The position numbers were made by a program, and so were the translations under genes. Below, in pieces: positions 1 to 8,452 of a stretch of DNA of 41,144 nucleotides. The DNA lies in assembly GCA_964646045.1 (NCBI GenBank), contig CAZYAW010000105.1:1-41144 (forward strand), in the 5' to 3' direction. The stretch comes from an uncultured Victivallales bacterium (lineage in GTDB: Bacteria > Verrucomicrobiota > Kiritimatiellia > UBA8416 > SLMC01). Within the stretch, counting starts at the first letter, position 1. Each line of letters opens with the position of its first letter. Below the pieces are notes generated by a model. The model was not told the origin of the DNA. It worked only from the letters and a program-made list of their open reading frames with translations, and did not search any database.

Positions 1-232
1 TACACAAAAATTTGGTCGGTTGGAAATTCCTTGTTGGATATTGGATATTCAGTCCCTCGAAAAATCTGATGAGCCTGCGAAATCACGAGGCCCGACTGAC
101 ATTGCGCGAACCCTAAGGGCCCGCGCAAAAACAACTTCACATTTTGGACGCAGATGCATCCCGCCCGGCTGCGTTGCGAAAACTCGAAATATCGGGAATA
201 TTCCCGCGTTTTCGCGCCTTATCCCCATCGCT

Positions 233-1315
233 TTATTCGGACTGCTTCAGGGCTGGCCGACTGCCCGCCGCGGCCGCGCGCAGTTGGCCGCAGGCGGCGT
301 CGATGTCGGATCCGCGCGAGCGTCGCAGTGTGGCGTTGATGCCGCTCTGGCGCAGGATTTCGATGAAAAGCGCGGCCGTGCCGGCGGCGGCGGGTCGTTC
401 GGGATATTCGGGAACCGGACTCAGCGGAATCAGATTGACGCGGCAGGGCAGCGTCCGCAAAAGACGGGCCAGGGCGCGCGCCTGGGCGGTCGCGTCGTTG
501 ACGTTCCGGATCAGCGTGTATTCGAAGGTCACGATGCGGCCGGTGCGCTCGGCGTACCGGCGGCAGGCCCGCAGCAGTGTCGCCAGTCCGTATTGGCGGT
601 TGATCGGCATGAGCCGGGAGCGCAGTTCGTCGTCCGGCGCATGCAGCGAGACGGAAAGTTCGATGTGCGGCGTCTCTCCGGCCAGGCGCTCGATGGCCGG
701 GGCCAGTCCGCACGTGCTCAGGGTAATGCGCCGGGCGGCCACGGCCAGTCCGGCGGCGTCGTTCAGCCGCAGGACGGCGCCGCGCACGGCGTCGTAGTTG
801 TCGAGCGGTTCGCCGACGCCCATGAATACGACGTGCGTCGGCTTGCGTGCCGCCGCGCGCCAGGCGAGGCGAAACTGCGAAACAATTTCGCCCGTGCTCA
901 AATGCCGACGCCACCCGTTCTGGCCGCTGGCGCAAAAGGCGCAGTGATAGCGGCAGCCGACTTGCGAGGAGACGCACAGGGTCAGACGCTCGGCGGCGGG
1001 GATCAGGGCCGCCTCGATGCGTTCGCCGTCGGCCAGTTCGATCAGGAATTTGCCGGTAGCCGTTCCGCCGCCCGCCGTTTGCGCCAGGCGCGCGGCGTCC
1101 AGCGGGTAGCGGGCGGCCAGGCTCCGGCGCAAAGCGGACGGCAGATCCGTCATGGCGTGCCAGTCGGAGGCGTTGGCCACATACAGCCAGCGCCAGATCT
1201 GGCGCGCCCGAAACGCGGGCGCGCCGAATTCCGCGCCGAGCGCCTGCAACTCGTCAAAGGTCAGATCGCACAGCGAGATAGAGTCGTTCTTCATCGGCTT
1301 GTAGCTGTAGTCCAT
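233..1315 (-). CDS. rlmN: Radical-SAM 23S rRNA/tRNA adenine-C2 methyltransferase RlmN
   Basis: Radical-SAM cluster CRYHCAFC, plus GVGEPL, SLHAPDDELR and C-terminal DIDAACGQL, colinear with the RlmN/Cfr family. The ORF is open to TTG 1396. ATG 1315 (MDYSYK) or ATG 1294 (MKNDS) fits the usual N-terminus better, so the start is uncertain. Confidence 0.9.
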   Translation of the reverse strand: MDYSYKPMKNDSISLCDLTFDELQALGAEFGAPAFRARQIWRWLYVANASDWHAMTDLPSALRRSLAARYPLDAARLAQTAGGGTATGKFLIELADGERIEAALIPAAERLTLCVSSQVGCRYHCAFCASGQNGWRRHLSTGEIVSQFRLAWRAAARKPTHVVFMGVGEPLDNYDAVRGAVLRLNDAAGLAVAARRITLSTCGLAPAIERLAGETPHIELSVSLHAPDDELRSRLMPINRQYGLATLLRACRRYAERTGRIVTFEYTLIRNVNDATAQARALARLLRTLPCRVNLIPLSPVPEYPERPAAAGTAALFIEILRQSGINATLRRSRGSDIDAACGQLRAAAAGSRPALKQSE

Positions 1316-1416
1316 GCGCCGGCGCTTTTCAACAACAATTCTCGCGTTCGGTTCGCTCCGGGAATGTCGGCCGGTCGCCTTCGCGCCTTGAGCCAAAAGC
1401 TCTTGACATGGTAGCC

Positions 1417-1445
1417 GTTCACGGTTCTCGGTTCACAGTTCACGG
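1417..1445. repeat. Tandem heptamer array (ACGGTTC-like, about 4 units), left arm of an inverted pair
   Basis: GTTCACGGTTCTCGGTTCACAGTTCACGG is read directly. Its reverse complement is GAACCGT-type heptamers, matching the array at 1547-1572. Confidence 0.7.
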
Positions 1446-1448
1446 TTT

Positions 1449-1529
1449 TCAAGACATCTTGAGCGCTTTTCTCGCAAGTTTCCGGCCAAGCCGCCACGCT
1501 TCAATATCTTCAAAACGCTCAATTTTCAT
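1449..1529 (-). pseudogene. 26-codon remnant of a four-helix-bundle protein (23S rRNA intervening-sequence protein family)
   Basis: MKIERFEDIEAWRLGRKLARKALKMS then stop. The opening FEDxxxW...A..L pattern is the typical N-terminus of ~120-aa four-helix-bundle proteins. Here it is cut after 26 codons and sits between inverted heptamer arrays. Confidence 0.5.
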
Positions 1530-1546
1530 TGTCAGATTCCTTTTTT

Positions 1547-1572
1547 CAACCGTCAACCGTGAACCGTGAACG
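1547..1572. repeat. Tandem heptamer array (C/G)AACCGT x3.5, right arm of the inverted pair
   Basis: CAACCGTCAACCGTGAACCGTGAACG is read directly. It is inverted relative to 1417-1445. A further GAACCGTGAACGG copy lies at 36369-36381. Confidence 0.7.
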
Positions 1573-1787
1573 CTTACTTGACATTTTCGTGGCGGCTTGA
1601 CAGTCTCTCTCTCATTACACGCATTTTCCGTCCGATGCCGGCGCGAAGGGCAGCACACGGAAAGCCCCTGGAATCACGGAACGATGGAAGATTGGAATGG
1701 GAACATTCCGGCCTTTCGAAATCCCGCGTCTTTCCGGGGTCATACTGATTTGCTCCGTGCCGGGCCTCCGGAAGAATAGGATAGCCG

Positions 1788-2726
1788 ATGTTCCTTACCG
1801 TTTGCCTGTTCATCGCGGGGATTGCGCTTCTGACGGCCGGCGCTGAATTTTTCGTGCGCGGCAGTTCGCTGCTGGCCCGCCGCATGGGGGCGGCCCCTCT
1901 GGTGGTCGGTCTCACGGTTGTCGCATTCGGCACGAGCGCCCCGGAGCTGTTCGTCAGCGTCAAATCCGCGCTCATATCGGCGCCGGGCATGGCGGTTGGC
2001 AACGTTATCGGCTCCAACATCGCCAACATAGCCCTGATCCTTGCCGGCAGCGCCTTGATCATGCCGTTGACCGTCCACCGTCAGATCGTCAAACGCGATA
2101 TGCCTTTCCTGATTGTGTTTTCCGCGGTTCTGTGTCTCCTGTTGCTGGATCGCAGCCTTTCAAGATGGGACTCGCTTTTGTTGCTTCTGCTTTTTGGCGG
2201 GTACCTTTTTGCAACCGTCTCGTTTGCGAAGCGGGAGGCGGCCGATCGTCGCGGCGCCGCCCAAGCGCCTGAGGAGCGGGGTTCCGGCCTGCCGCCGATT
2301 CTCCTGATGATAGCGTTTGGACTGGGTGGATTGTTGTACGGATCTCAGTTGATGGTCGATGCCGGGGTGATGCTTGCCCGTTATTGCGGAGTAAGCGATA
2401 CGATTATAGGCATTTCGATTGTCGCCGTGGGAACCAGTCTGCCCGAACTGGCGGCCTCGCTCATGGCGGCCTTCAAGAAGGAATCCGACATTGCGGTCGG
2501 CAATGTTGTCGGTTCCTGCATTTTCAATATCGGCATGGTTTTAGGTTGTGCCGGCGGACTGTCGCCCTTTGCGGTTCCCGAATTGAAGTATGTGGATTTG
2601 GGCGTCATGTTTGCGCTCAGCCTGGTTCTGCTGCCCTTTCTAAAGTCGGGTTTCACGTTGAATCGGATCGAAGGGGCCATTCTTCTGCTGGCCTACGCGG
2701 GATATATGTTTTATCTTTGGTCGTAA
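1788..2726 (+). CDS. Ca2+/cation antiporter, CaCA (YrbG-like) family
   Basis: 312 aa and about 10 TM segments. The two alpha-repeat signatures GTSAPEL and GTSLPEL sit in the N- and C-terminal halves, separated by a charged loop. Confidence 0.85.
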   Translation: MFLTVCLFIAGIALLTAGAEFFVRGSSLLARRMGAAPLVVGLTVVAFGTSAPELFVSVKSALISAPGMAVGNVIGSNIANIALILAGSALIMPLTVHRQIVKRDMPFLIVFSAVLCLLLLDRSLSRWDSLLLLLLFGGYLFATVSFAKREAADRRGAAQAPEERGSGLPPILLMIAFGLGGLLYGSQLMVDAGVMLARYCGVSDTIIGISIVAVGTSLPELAASLMAAFKKESDIAVGNVVGSCIFNIGMVLGCAGGLSPFAVPELKYVDLGVMFALSLVLLPFLKSGFTLNRIEGAILLLAYAGYMFYLWS

Positions 2727-2976
2727 GACGATGAGATGCGATAAGCTCGTCGAGGATCGAGACAGGGGAAATTCACCCTTCGGAAGCGCAGGAATAGCTA
2801 GCCAGATGTCTTTTCATTGGACAATCCCGCCCCCGTTTCGTAAGAGGGGGTCGATGGCAATTGAAGAGCGGCGTGAAGGCGAGGGGAGCGCCATTCTCAT
2901 TGAGACCGCATGGTGTGCGGTCGCGACGAAGCACGACCCTCCAAAACGTTGCATCGCCGTTGTTTTCCGACATGGA

Positions 2977-2998
2977 GGGACGCGCTCCGTCGCGTCCC
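2977..2998. repeat. GC-rich REP-like hairpin (8-bp stem GGGACGCG / CGCGTCCC, 6-nt loop)
   Basis: Inverted repeat read directly in the 290-bp intergenic region upstream of the PAP2 gene. Confidence 0.5.
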
Positions 2999-3017
2999 CC
3001 TTGCGGAATCGGTCAAA

Positions 3018-3653
3018 ATGAGAATGGCTGCGAGGAGGGAGGATCTCGGCGTGTGGGGTTGGCTGGAACAATTTGATCATACACTGTTTTTCTGGATTAA
3101 TCGCGGATTGGGGCGCGACTGGCTGGATCCGGTTTTCGGCGATCTTTCGGTGCTGGGCGGGTGGAGCATTGCGCTGGTGACGGTGGCCGCTCTGGCGGCC
3201 GACGGCGGACGCGTTTTGCGGCGTCATCTACTGGTGCTTTTCGTGGCCATCGCCCTTTTTGCGCCTGTCAATCGCGCTCTTAAATCGGCTTTTTCCCGAA
3301 CGCGCCCGCTCGGTGTGTTCGCGGAGCAAGTCGAGCGCGATCCCGACTATGTGCGCCTGGTCAACCGCGAACGTCTCTATCGCAGCTCTTTTCCGTCCGG
3401 TCATTCGGCTTTTGCCTTTTTCATTATGCACTATCTGGCGCTGGCCAAGCCCCGCTCGCGGTACGCGGCCTGGAGTCTGGCCGCCTTGGCGGCCTTTAGC
3501 CGGGTGTATGCGGGAGTCCATTTCCCGCTGGACTGTCTGGCCGGCGCGGCGCTGGGCGTCGCAGGCGGGAAAGCGGCGTGGCTGGCCTATGCGCGGCTGT
3601 GGCCGGCGGCCGCCGGGCCGCCGGCTGAAGAAGGAACGGATATGTCATCATGA
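3018..3653 (+). CDS. PAP2-family lipid phosphatase
   Basis: All three acid-phosphatase motifs are present: KSAFSRTRP, PSGHS, SRVYAGVHFPLD. It is multi-TM. ATG 3018 (MRMAARRED) is chosen over the upstream ORF extension. Confidence 0.8.
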   Translation: MRMAARREDLGVWGWLEQFDHTLFFWINRGLGRDWLDPVFGDLSVLGGWSIALVTVAALAADGGRVLRRHLLVLFVAIALFAPVNRALKSAFSRTRPLGVFAEQVERDPDYVRLVNRERLYRSSFPSGHSAFAFFIMHYLALAKPRSRYAAWSLAALAAFSRVYAGVHFPLDCLAGAALGVAGGKAAWLAYARLWPAAAGPPAEEGTDMSS

Positions 3654-5383
3654 TGCGGGAACCGATTCGTGCAACGCTGTTGCCGCAGCATTCGATTGGC
3701 TCTGGTATTGCGAAAAGGCTGCGCGCCGGTTTTGCCAACACGCAAGCTGTAAGTTCGCGCCCCTTGCGGCCCATCCAACCGAATGCGGCGGCAACCGGTG
3801 CAACGCGCGCACTGCCGTCGCGTCTGGCGGCTCTGCTGGAACGCTACGGCGCGAGGCGCTGCCTGATCGTTGCGCTGCTGGCTTTGGCGGCGGTACGGGC
3901 GCTGCTGGCCAGTCGCTTCGGGCTGAGCACCGACGAATCGCATTACGCCATGTTCGCCCGTTATCCGGCCTGGGGCTATTTCGACCACCCGCCCATGGTC
4001 GGATGGCTAGGCGCGCTGACATCGACCCTGGGCCGCTCTCCTTTTTTCTATCGGCTGGGTCCGATCCTCTGCTCGCTGGCGACGCTGGCGGTTCTGTGGC
4101 GGCTGGCGCTGCGCCTCTACGACGATCGGCGCCTTGCGCCGACCGCCCTGTTCCTGTTCCTGCTGCTGCCGGTCCATCAGTTGCTGGCGCTGGCGCTGTT
4201 GCCCGATGCGACTTTGAATCTCTTCTGGTGCGCCGGTATGCTGGCGGCCTGGCACGCCTTTGAAACCCGCCGCTGGGGCTGGTGGCTGGCGACGGGCCTG
4301 TGTTTTGGAGGCATGCTGCTGAGCAAGTATCACGGCGTGCTCTTCCCGCTCTGTCTGTTCCTCTACGCGGCGTTGTCGCGCGAGACGCGCCCGTTGCTGT
4401 GGAGTCCCAAGCCCTACGCGGCCGGCCTGATCGGGCTGCTGGTTTTTTCACCGAATATCCTGTGGAACGCCCGTAACGAATGGATATCCTATCTTTACCA
4501 GATCCGGCACGGGGGCGGGAGCGGGGTGTTCGAGTTCGAGAATTTGCTGGAAGCCGTTGGCGGTCAGTTGGCGGCCGCTTCGCCCGTGCTGTTCGTGCTG
4601 CTGGTGGTGGCCGCGCTGCGTCGGCCGGCGACCCGTGCGGACCGTTTCGCCTTCTGTCTGGGCGTGCCGGTCTTTCTCTTTTTCGGTACGGTCGGCCTCT
4701 TCGGCAAGATTCTGCCGCACTGGCCCGCGACCGGCTGGTTCGGCGGAGCGCTGCTGCTGGCCTCCGCGCTGGTCCGCGCCGAAACGCAGTCGGCGGAACT
4801 CGCGCAACGCTGGCGTCAATGGACGCGCATCGCGGCGCAGGTGGCCGGGATCTCGCTGGCGCTCATGTTTTCCGTGATTATCTGGCCGCTGATTCCCGCC
4901 GTCTATCGGCCGGCGCAGGCCGCGAGCGAGCGCCTGCATCGGGCCTTCCCGAGCGTACCGCCCCTGCGCGAGTACCGTCCGCGCATGGACATCTCCAACG
5001 ACCTGTACGGATGGTCCAGAGCCGCCCGCGAAATCGAGGCGCTGCGGGCCGCCATGCCGCGACCGGAGCGCACTTTCGTCTTTTGTCACCGCTTCTATTT
5101 GACCAGTCTGCTGGCCGTACATCTCGATCCCGTCACTGCGGCCACCGCCCTGCATCGGCCCGGACAGTACCAACTGTGGTTCGACCCGCAAGCGTACGCG
5201 GGTTGGGACGCGCTGTTCGTGGACTACCGCAACCGCTGGCATCAGGGTCCCCAACGCTACCGCGGCCATTTCGACCGGATGGACGACACCCCCCGCTCGT
5301 TCACGGTGGAGCGGGGCGGAGAGACGGTCCACGCCTTCGACGTCTATCGCTATTACGGTTACCGGGGCACGATCGAGGAATGA
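3650..5383 (+). CDS. GT39/GT83-type (ArnT/PMT-like) lipid-linked-sugar glycosyltransferase
   Basis: 577 aa and polytopic. A DE-containing first-loop motif (TDESHYAMFARYPAWGYFDHPPMVGWL) is typical of ArnT/PMT_2 enzymes. Its start overlaps the PAP2 stop (ATGA). Confidence 0.75.
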   Translation: MMREPIRATLLPQHSIGSGIAKRLRAGFANTQAVSSRPLRPIQPNAAATGATRALPSRLAALLERYGARRCLIVALLALAAVRALLASRFGLSTDESHYAMFARYPAWGYFDHPPMVGWLGALTSTLGRSPFFYRLGPILCSLATLAVLWRLALRLYDDRRLAPTALFLFLLLPVHQLLALALLPDATLNLFWCAGMLAAWHAFETRRWGWWLATGLCFGGMLLSKYHGVLFPLCLFLYAALSRETRPLLWSPKPYAAGLIGLLVFSPNILWNARNEWISYLYQIRHGGGSGVFEFENLLEAVGGQLAAASPVLFVLLVVAALRRPATRADRFAFCLGVPVFLFFGTVGLFGKILPHWPATGWFGGALLLASALVRAETQSAELAQRWRQWTRIAAQVAGISLALMFSVIIWPLIPAVYRPAQAASERLHRAFPSVPPLREYRPRMDISNDLYGWSRAAREIEALRAAMPRPERTFVFCHRFYLTSLLAVHLDPVTAATALHRPGQYQLWFDPQAYAGWDALFVDYRNRWHQGPQRYRGHFDRMDDTPRSFTVERGGETVHAFDVYRYYGYRGTIEE

Positions 5384-5414
5384 GGATGCGGACGGACGGA
5401 GTGGAATTCGATCT

Positions 5415-7172
5415 ATGGCCCTGATCAATGTGCGAGACGTAACCTTGACGGTGGGCGGCGAATGTCTGCTGGACGCCGTCAACCTGCCGATCGCCCGCAA
5501 CGAGCGCGCCTGCCTGGTGGGCCGCAACGGATGCGGCAAGTCGAGCCTGCTCAAGATGCTGGCCGGGGAGCTGACGCCCGACCGGGGCGAGATTCTGCGG
5601 GCGCCCGCGCTGCGCACCGCCTATTTGCCCCAGGAAATTCCCGTGCGCTGGAGCGGCAAGGTGCGGACGCTCGTCACGCCGCCGCCGGAATCCGCCCACG
5701 GGGAATCCTGGGCGCAGGAGCAGCGGGCCGCGCAGACCATGTCGCGTTTGCGACTGGATCCCGAGGCGGCCTTTGAAACGCTTTCGGGCGGGATGCAGCG
5801 TCGCGTCCTGCTGGCGCGGGCGCTGGCGGACGATCCCGACGTTCTGCTGCTCGACGAACCCACCAACCACCTCGATATCGAGGCGATCGAATGGCTGGAA
5901 GGCTATCTGTCGCGGCCGGGCGTAACGCTGATCTTCGTCACTCACGACCGCGCTTTTCTGCGTCGCCTGGCCACCCGCATTCTGGATCTCGACCGCGGCA
6001 TGCTGGCCGGTTGGGATTGCGATTATGACACTTTCCTGCGTCGCAAGCAGCAGTTGATGGAAGACGAGGCCGCGATCTGGGAGAAGAAGGGGCGTCGTCT
6101 GACCCGGGAGGAAATCTGGATTCGCCAGGGGATCAAGGCCCGTCGCACCCGCGACGAAGGCCGGGTGCGCGCCTTGCAGGCCCTGCGCGAGCAGTTTCGC
6201 AAACGTCGCCATGCGGAGGGCGTCAGTCGCTTTCAACTGCAGACGGCGGCCGCGTCCGGCGATCTGGTCGTCAAGGCGGAAAACCTTTCCTTCGCCTATC
6301 CCGGGCAGCCGCCGCTGATCCGGGATCTCGACTTGCGCGTGCAGCGCGGGGAACGCATCGGCATCATCGGACCCAACGGCTCCGGCAAGACCACTTTGCT
6401 CAAGCTGGTGACCGGCGCCCTGACGCCCGGGTCGGGATCGCTCACGCTGGGAACCCGTCTTGAAATCGTCTATTTCGACCAGTTGCGCAGCGCCTTGGAC
6501 GGCGAGAAAACCATTGCGCAGAATGTGGCCGGCGATGGCGACCGGGTCACGGTGGGCGGTCAGTCGCGACATGTGGTCGGCTACTTGCAGGATTTTCTGT
6601 TCACGCCGGACCGCGCCCGGACGCGCGTGAAAGTTCTTTCGGGCGGCGAGCGCAATCGTGTGTTGCTGGCCATGATGTTCTTGCGGCCCTGCAATTTGCT
6701 GATCATGGACGAGCCGACCAACGATTTGGATTTGGAGACGCTGGATTTGCTCGAGGAGCAATTGCAGCGGCATGCGCCGACCCTGCTGCTGGTCAGTCAC
6801 GACCGGGCCTTTCTCAACCACGTGGTGACGAGCGTGCTGGTTTTTACCGGCGACGGCAGGGTTCAGGCCGCCGCCGGCGGCTACGACGACTGGCTGGCCC
6901 GTCGGCCCGCTCCGGTCGCCGTCGCCCCGCCGCCCGCCGCCGCTGCGCCACCGGCGGTCCGGCGTCCGAGCTATCAGGCCAAGCGCGCAATGGACCGGCT
7001 CGGACGACGTATCGAGGCGCTGGAGGCGGAGCAGGCGCAGTTGGCCGCCCGTCAGGCCGATCCCGCTTTCTATCGGCAACCGTCCGACGTGATTGTGGCG
7101 GCGCAAAAGAGGGCGGGGGCTCTGGCGCGGGAAATCGACGAGTGCCTCGAACGCTGGGTCGAACTTGCCTGA
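5415..7172 (+). CDS. uup: ABC-F family ATPase (Uup-like), no membrane domain
   Basis: Two ABC cassettes: GRNGCGKSSLLK / LSGGMQRRVLLARAL / LLLDEPTNHLD, and GPNGSGKTTLLK / LSGGERNRVLLA / LIMDEPTNDLD. The C-terminal tail is coiled-coil-like. Confidence 0.85.
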   Translation: MALINVRDVTLTVGGECLLDAVNLPIARNERACLVGRNGCGKSSLLKMLAGELTPDRGEILRAPALRTAYLPQEIPVRWSGKVRTLVTPPPESAHGESWAQEQRAAQTMSRLRLDPEAAFETLSGGMQRRVLLARALADDPDVLLLDEPTNHLDIEAIEWLEGYLSRPGVTLIFVTHDRAFLRRLATRILDLDRGMLAGWDCDYDTFLRRKQQLMEDEAAIWEKKGRRLTREEIWIRQGIKARRTRDEGRVRALQALREQFRKRRHAEGVSRFQLQTAAASGDLVVKAENLSFAYPGQPPLIRDLDLRVQRGERIGIIGPNGSGKTTLLKLVTGALTPGSGSLTLGTRLEIVYFDQLRSALDGEKTIAQNVAGDGDRVTVGGQSRHVVGYLQDFLFTPDRARTRVKVLSGGERNRVLLAMMFLRPCNLLIMDEPTNDLDLETLDLLEEQLQRHAPTLLLVSHDRAFLNHVVTSVLVFTGDGRVQAAAGGYDDWLARRPAPVAVAPPPAAAAPPAVRRPSYQAKRAMDRLGRRIEALEAEQAQLAARQADPAFYRQPSDVIVAAQKRAGALAREIDECLERWVELA

Positions 7173-7207
7173 AAGAACATGCGGCCGACGGAGTTGACGG
7201 CCAAAAT

Positions 7208-8452
7208 CTAGCCATAGTGTCGTTCGATGACGGATTGGACGGTGGCGGCCCATTGCGTAAGGTTGGCCGGATGGTTGCCGATGGTACTGATGTCCTTGAG
7301 CACGAACTCGAGGGTCGTGCCGTGTTGGCGGCAGACTTCGCAGTACAGTTCTATTTCTCGCTCGACGGGGGCCGGATCGAAACGGGGCATGGCGACGAAG
7401 GCCGGATTGGGTTTGGCGGACATGACGAAATCGCCGCCCATGCCTTCCGCCGCGCGCCGCGCGTCGGCCCAGGGCGTGACGGAAATCTTGCGCAGATTCT
7501 TGAATCGGGCGCGAAGAATATCGATCTTGCGGTCCATCGGCTCGCAGCAGCCGTAATAAAGCAGGCCGCAGTCCCGGAACAGTTCCTGGTTGTAGGCCAG
7601 GTCGAATTCGTCGTGCATCCCGGGCGATACCGATCCGAAAATTTGTGCGGCGCAGCGGCCCCATACGTTGCGGGTTTGATAGTGTCCGGCATGGTCCGGC
7701 GCAGGTAGTTCCCGAGCGCATGCCGGTGTACAGTGCAGGAGATACGGGCGCGCGTCCAGGAGACCTTGCTGCTCATGTTGTTGAAACTGAGATTGGGCAA
7801 TCTCCGCAAAGCGCCGGGCCAGCTTGTGCATAAATTCGGGACGCTCGGCCAGGTCGATGAGAATACTGTCAACACCGCGATATCTTGCCACATTGTCCCA
7901 GATGTTGAAACCCATGTTGCCACCGATGAGAACCACATCCATCAGCCCGTCAAAAAGGTCTCTTGCCACGGCAAGCGCCGCCTCGCTCGCGGCTTGGTCG
8001 TACACGATTTCCGGCGGATGCAGCTTCTCCAGATCGTCTTCCGTGCGTAGTTGGTCGGTGTAGGCATGGGACGATATGTGCGCACCTGTGTTGCCCTGTA
8101 TTCGCCGGTCCTGCACATCGAGGCCGATGCCCCGACGCCATCGGGTCCGCTTGGCGACCTGAAACACTGGCGGCAGCACGAGATCGACCTGGAAATGTTC
8201 CCATTGATAGAGGGCATGGCGCAGAAGCGACTCGATCCATCCCAGTTCGGGCGAGCAGACATTCGTCAGTGCGGCGTCCCCGATTTCCCCCCACGGCACT
8301 TCGTCAATGAGCACTACCGGCCGCACCGGCTGCAAGGCGTTGGTGCGGTAGTATCTTTCGATGCGCTCCTTTTGAACATCCAAATGCGCAATCTCGCTAT
8401 AGCGTTCCGCCAATGGACGTAGTGTCTTTTTGTCTTTTGCGCTCAGTGGCAT
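7208..8452 (-). CDS. Hypothetical protein, possibly URO-D/MtaA-like TIM-barrel family
   Basis: 414-aa ORF with strong coding character. Its start overlaps the rnr stop by 10 nt. The family assignment comes from memory of similar N-terminal (VLIDEVPWGEI) and C-terminal (YYGCCEP) patterns and is not verified. Confidence 0.6.
   Translation of the reverse strand: MPLSAKDKKTLRPLAERYSEIAHLDVQKERIERYYRTNALQPVRPVVLIDEVPWGEIGDAALTNVCSPELGWIESLLRHALYQWEHFQVDLVLPPVFQVAKRTRWRRGIGLDVQDRRIQGNTGAHISSHAYTDQLRTEDDLEKLHPPEIVYDQAASEAALAVARDLFDGLMDVVLIGGNMGFNIWDNVARYRGVDSILIDLAERPEFMHKLARRFAEIAQSQFQQHEQQGLLDARPYLLHCTPACARELPAPDHAGHYQTRNVWGRCAAQIFGSVSPGMHDEFDLAYNQELFRDCGLLYYGCCEPMDRKIDILRARFKNLRKISVTPWADARRAAEGMGGDFVMSAKPNPAFVAMPRFDPAPVEREIELYCEVCRQHGTTLEFVLKDISTIGNHPANLTQWAATVQSVIERHYG

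Noticed and set aside
1578-1605. Promoter from the two TTGACA hexamers upstream of the antiporter gene
   Set aside because: Neither TTGACA has a convincing -10 hexamer at 16-18 nt spacing, so no call was made.
7173-7207. Bidirectional terminator between the convergent ABC-F gene and the 414-aa gene
   Set aside because: Only a weak 5-bp stem (GGCCG...CGGCC) with no T-run is present, which is too weak to call.
5301-7721. 806-aa minus-strand ORF opposite the ABC-F gene
   Set aside because: It is Arg/Pro/Gly-rich and low-complexity with no recognisable motif. It lies antisense to a gene with two complete ABC cassettes, which makes it a typical high-GC shadow ORF. The same reasoning applies to the ORFs at 4448-5617, 8495-10579, 8782-10467, 12980-15046, 16111-17841, 23294-24430, 23349-24638, 24551-26704, 26888-28174, 28362-30254, 30245-33130 and 33275-34651.
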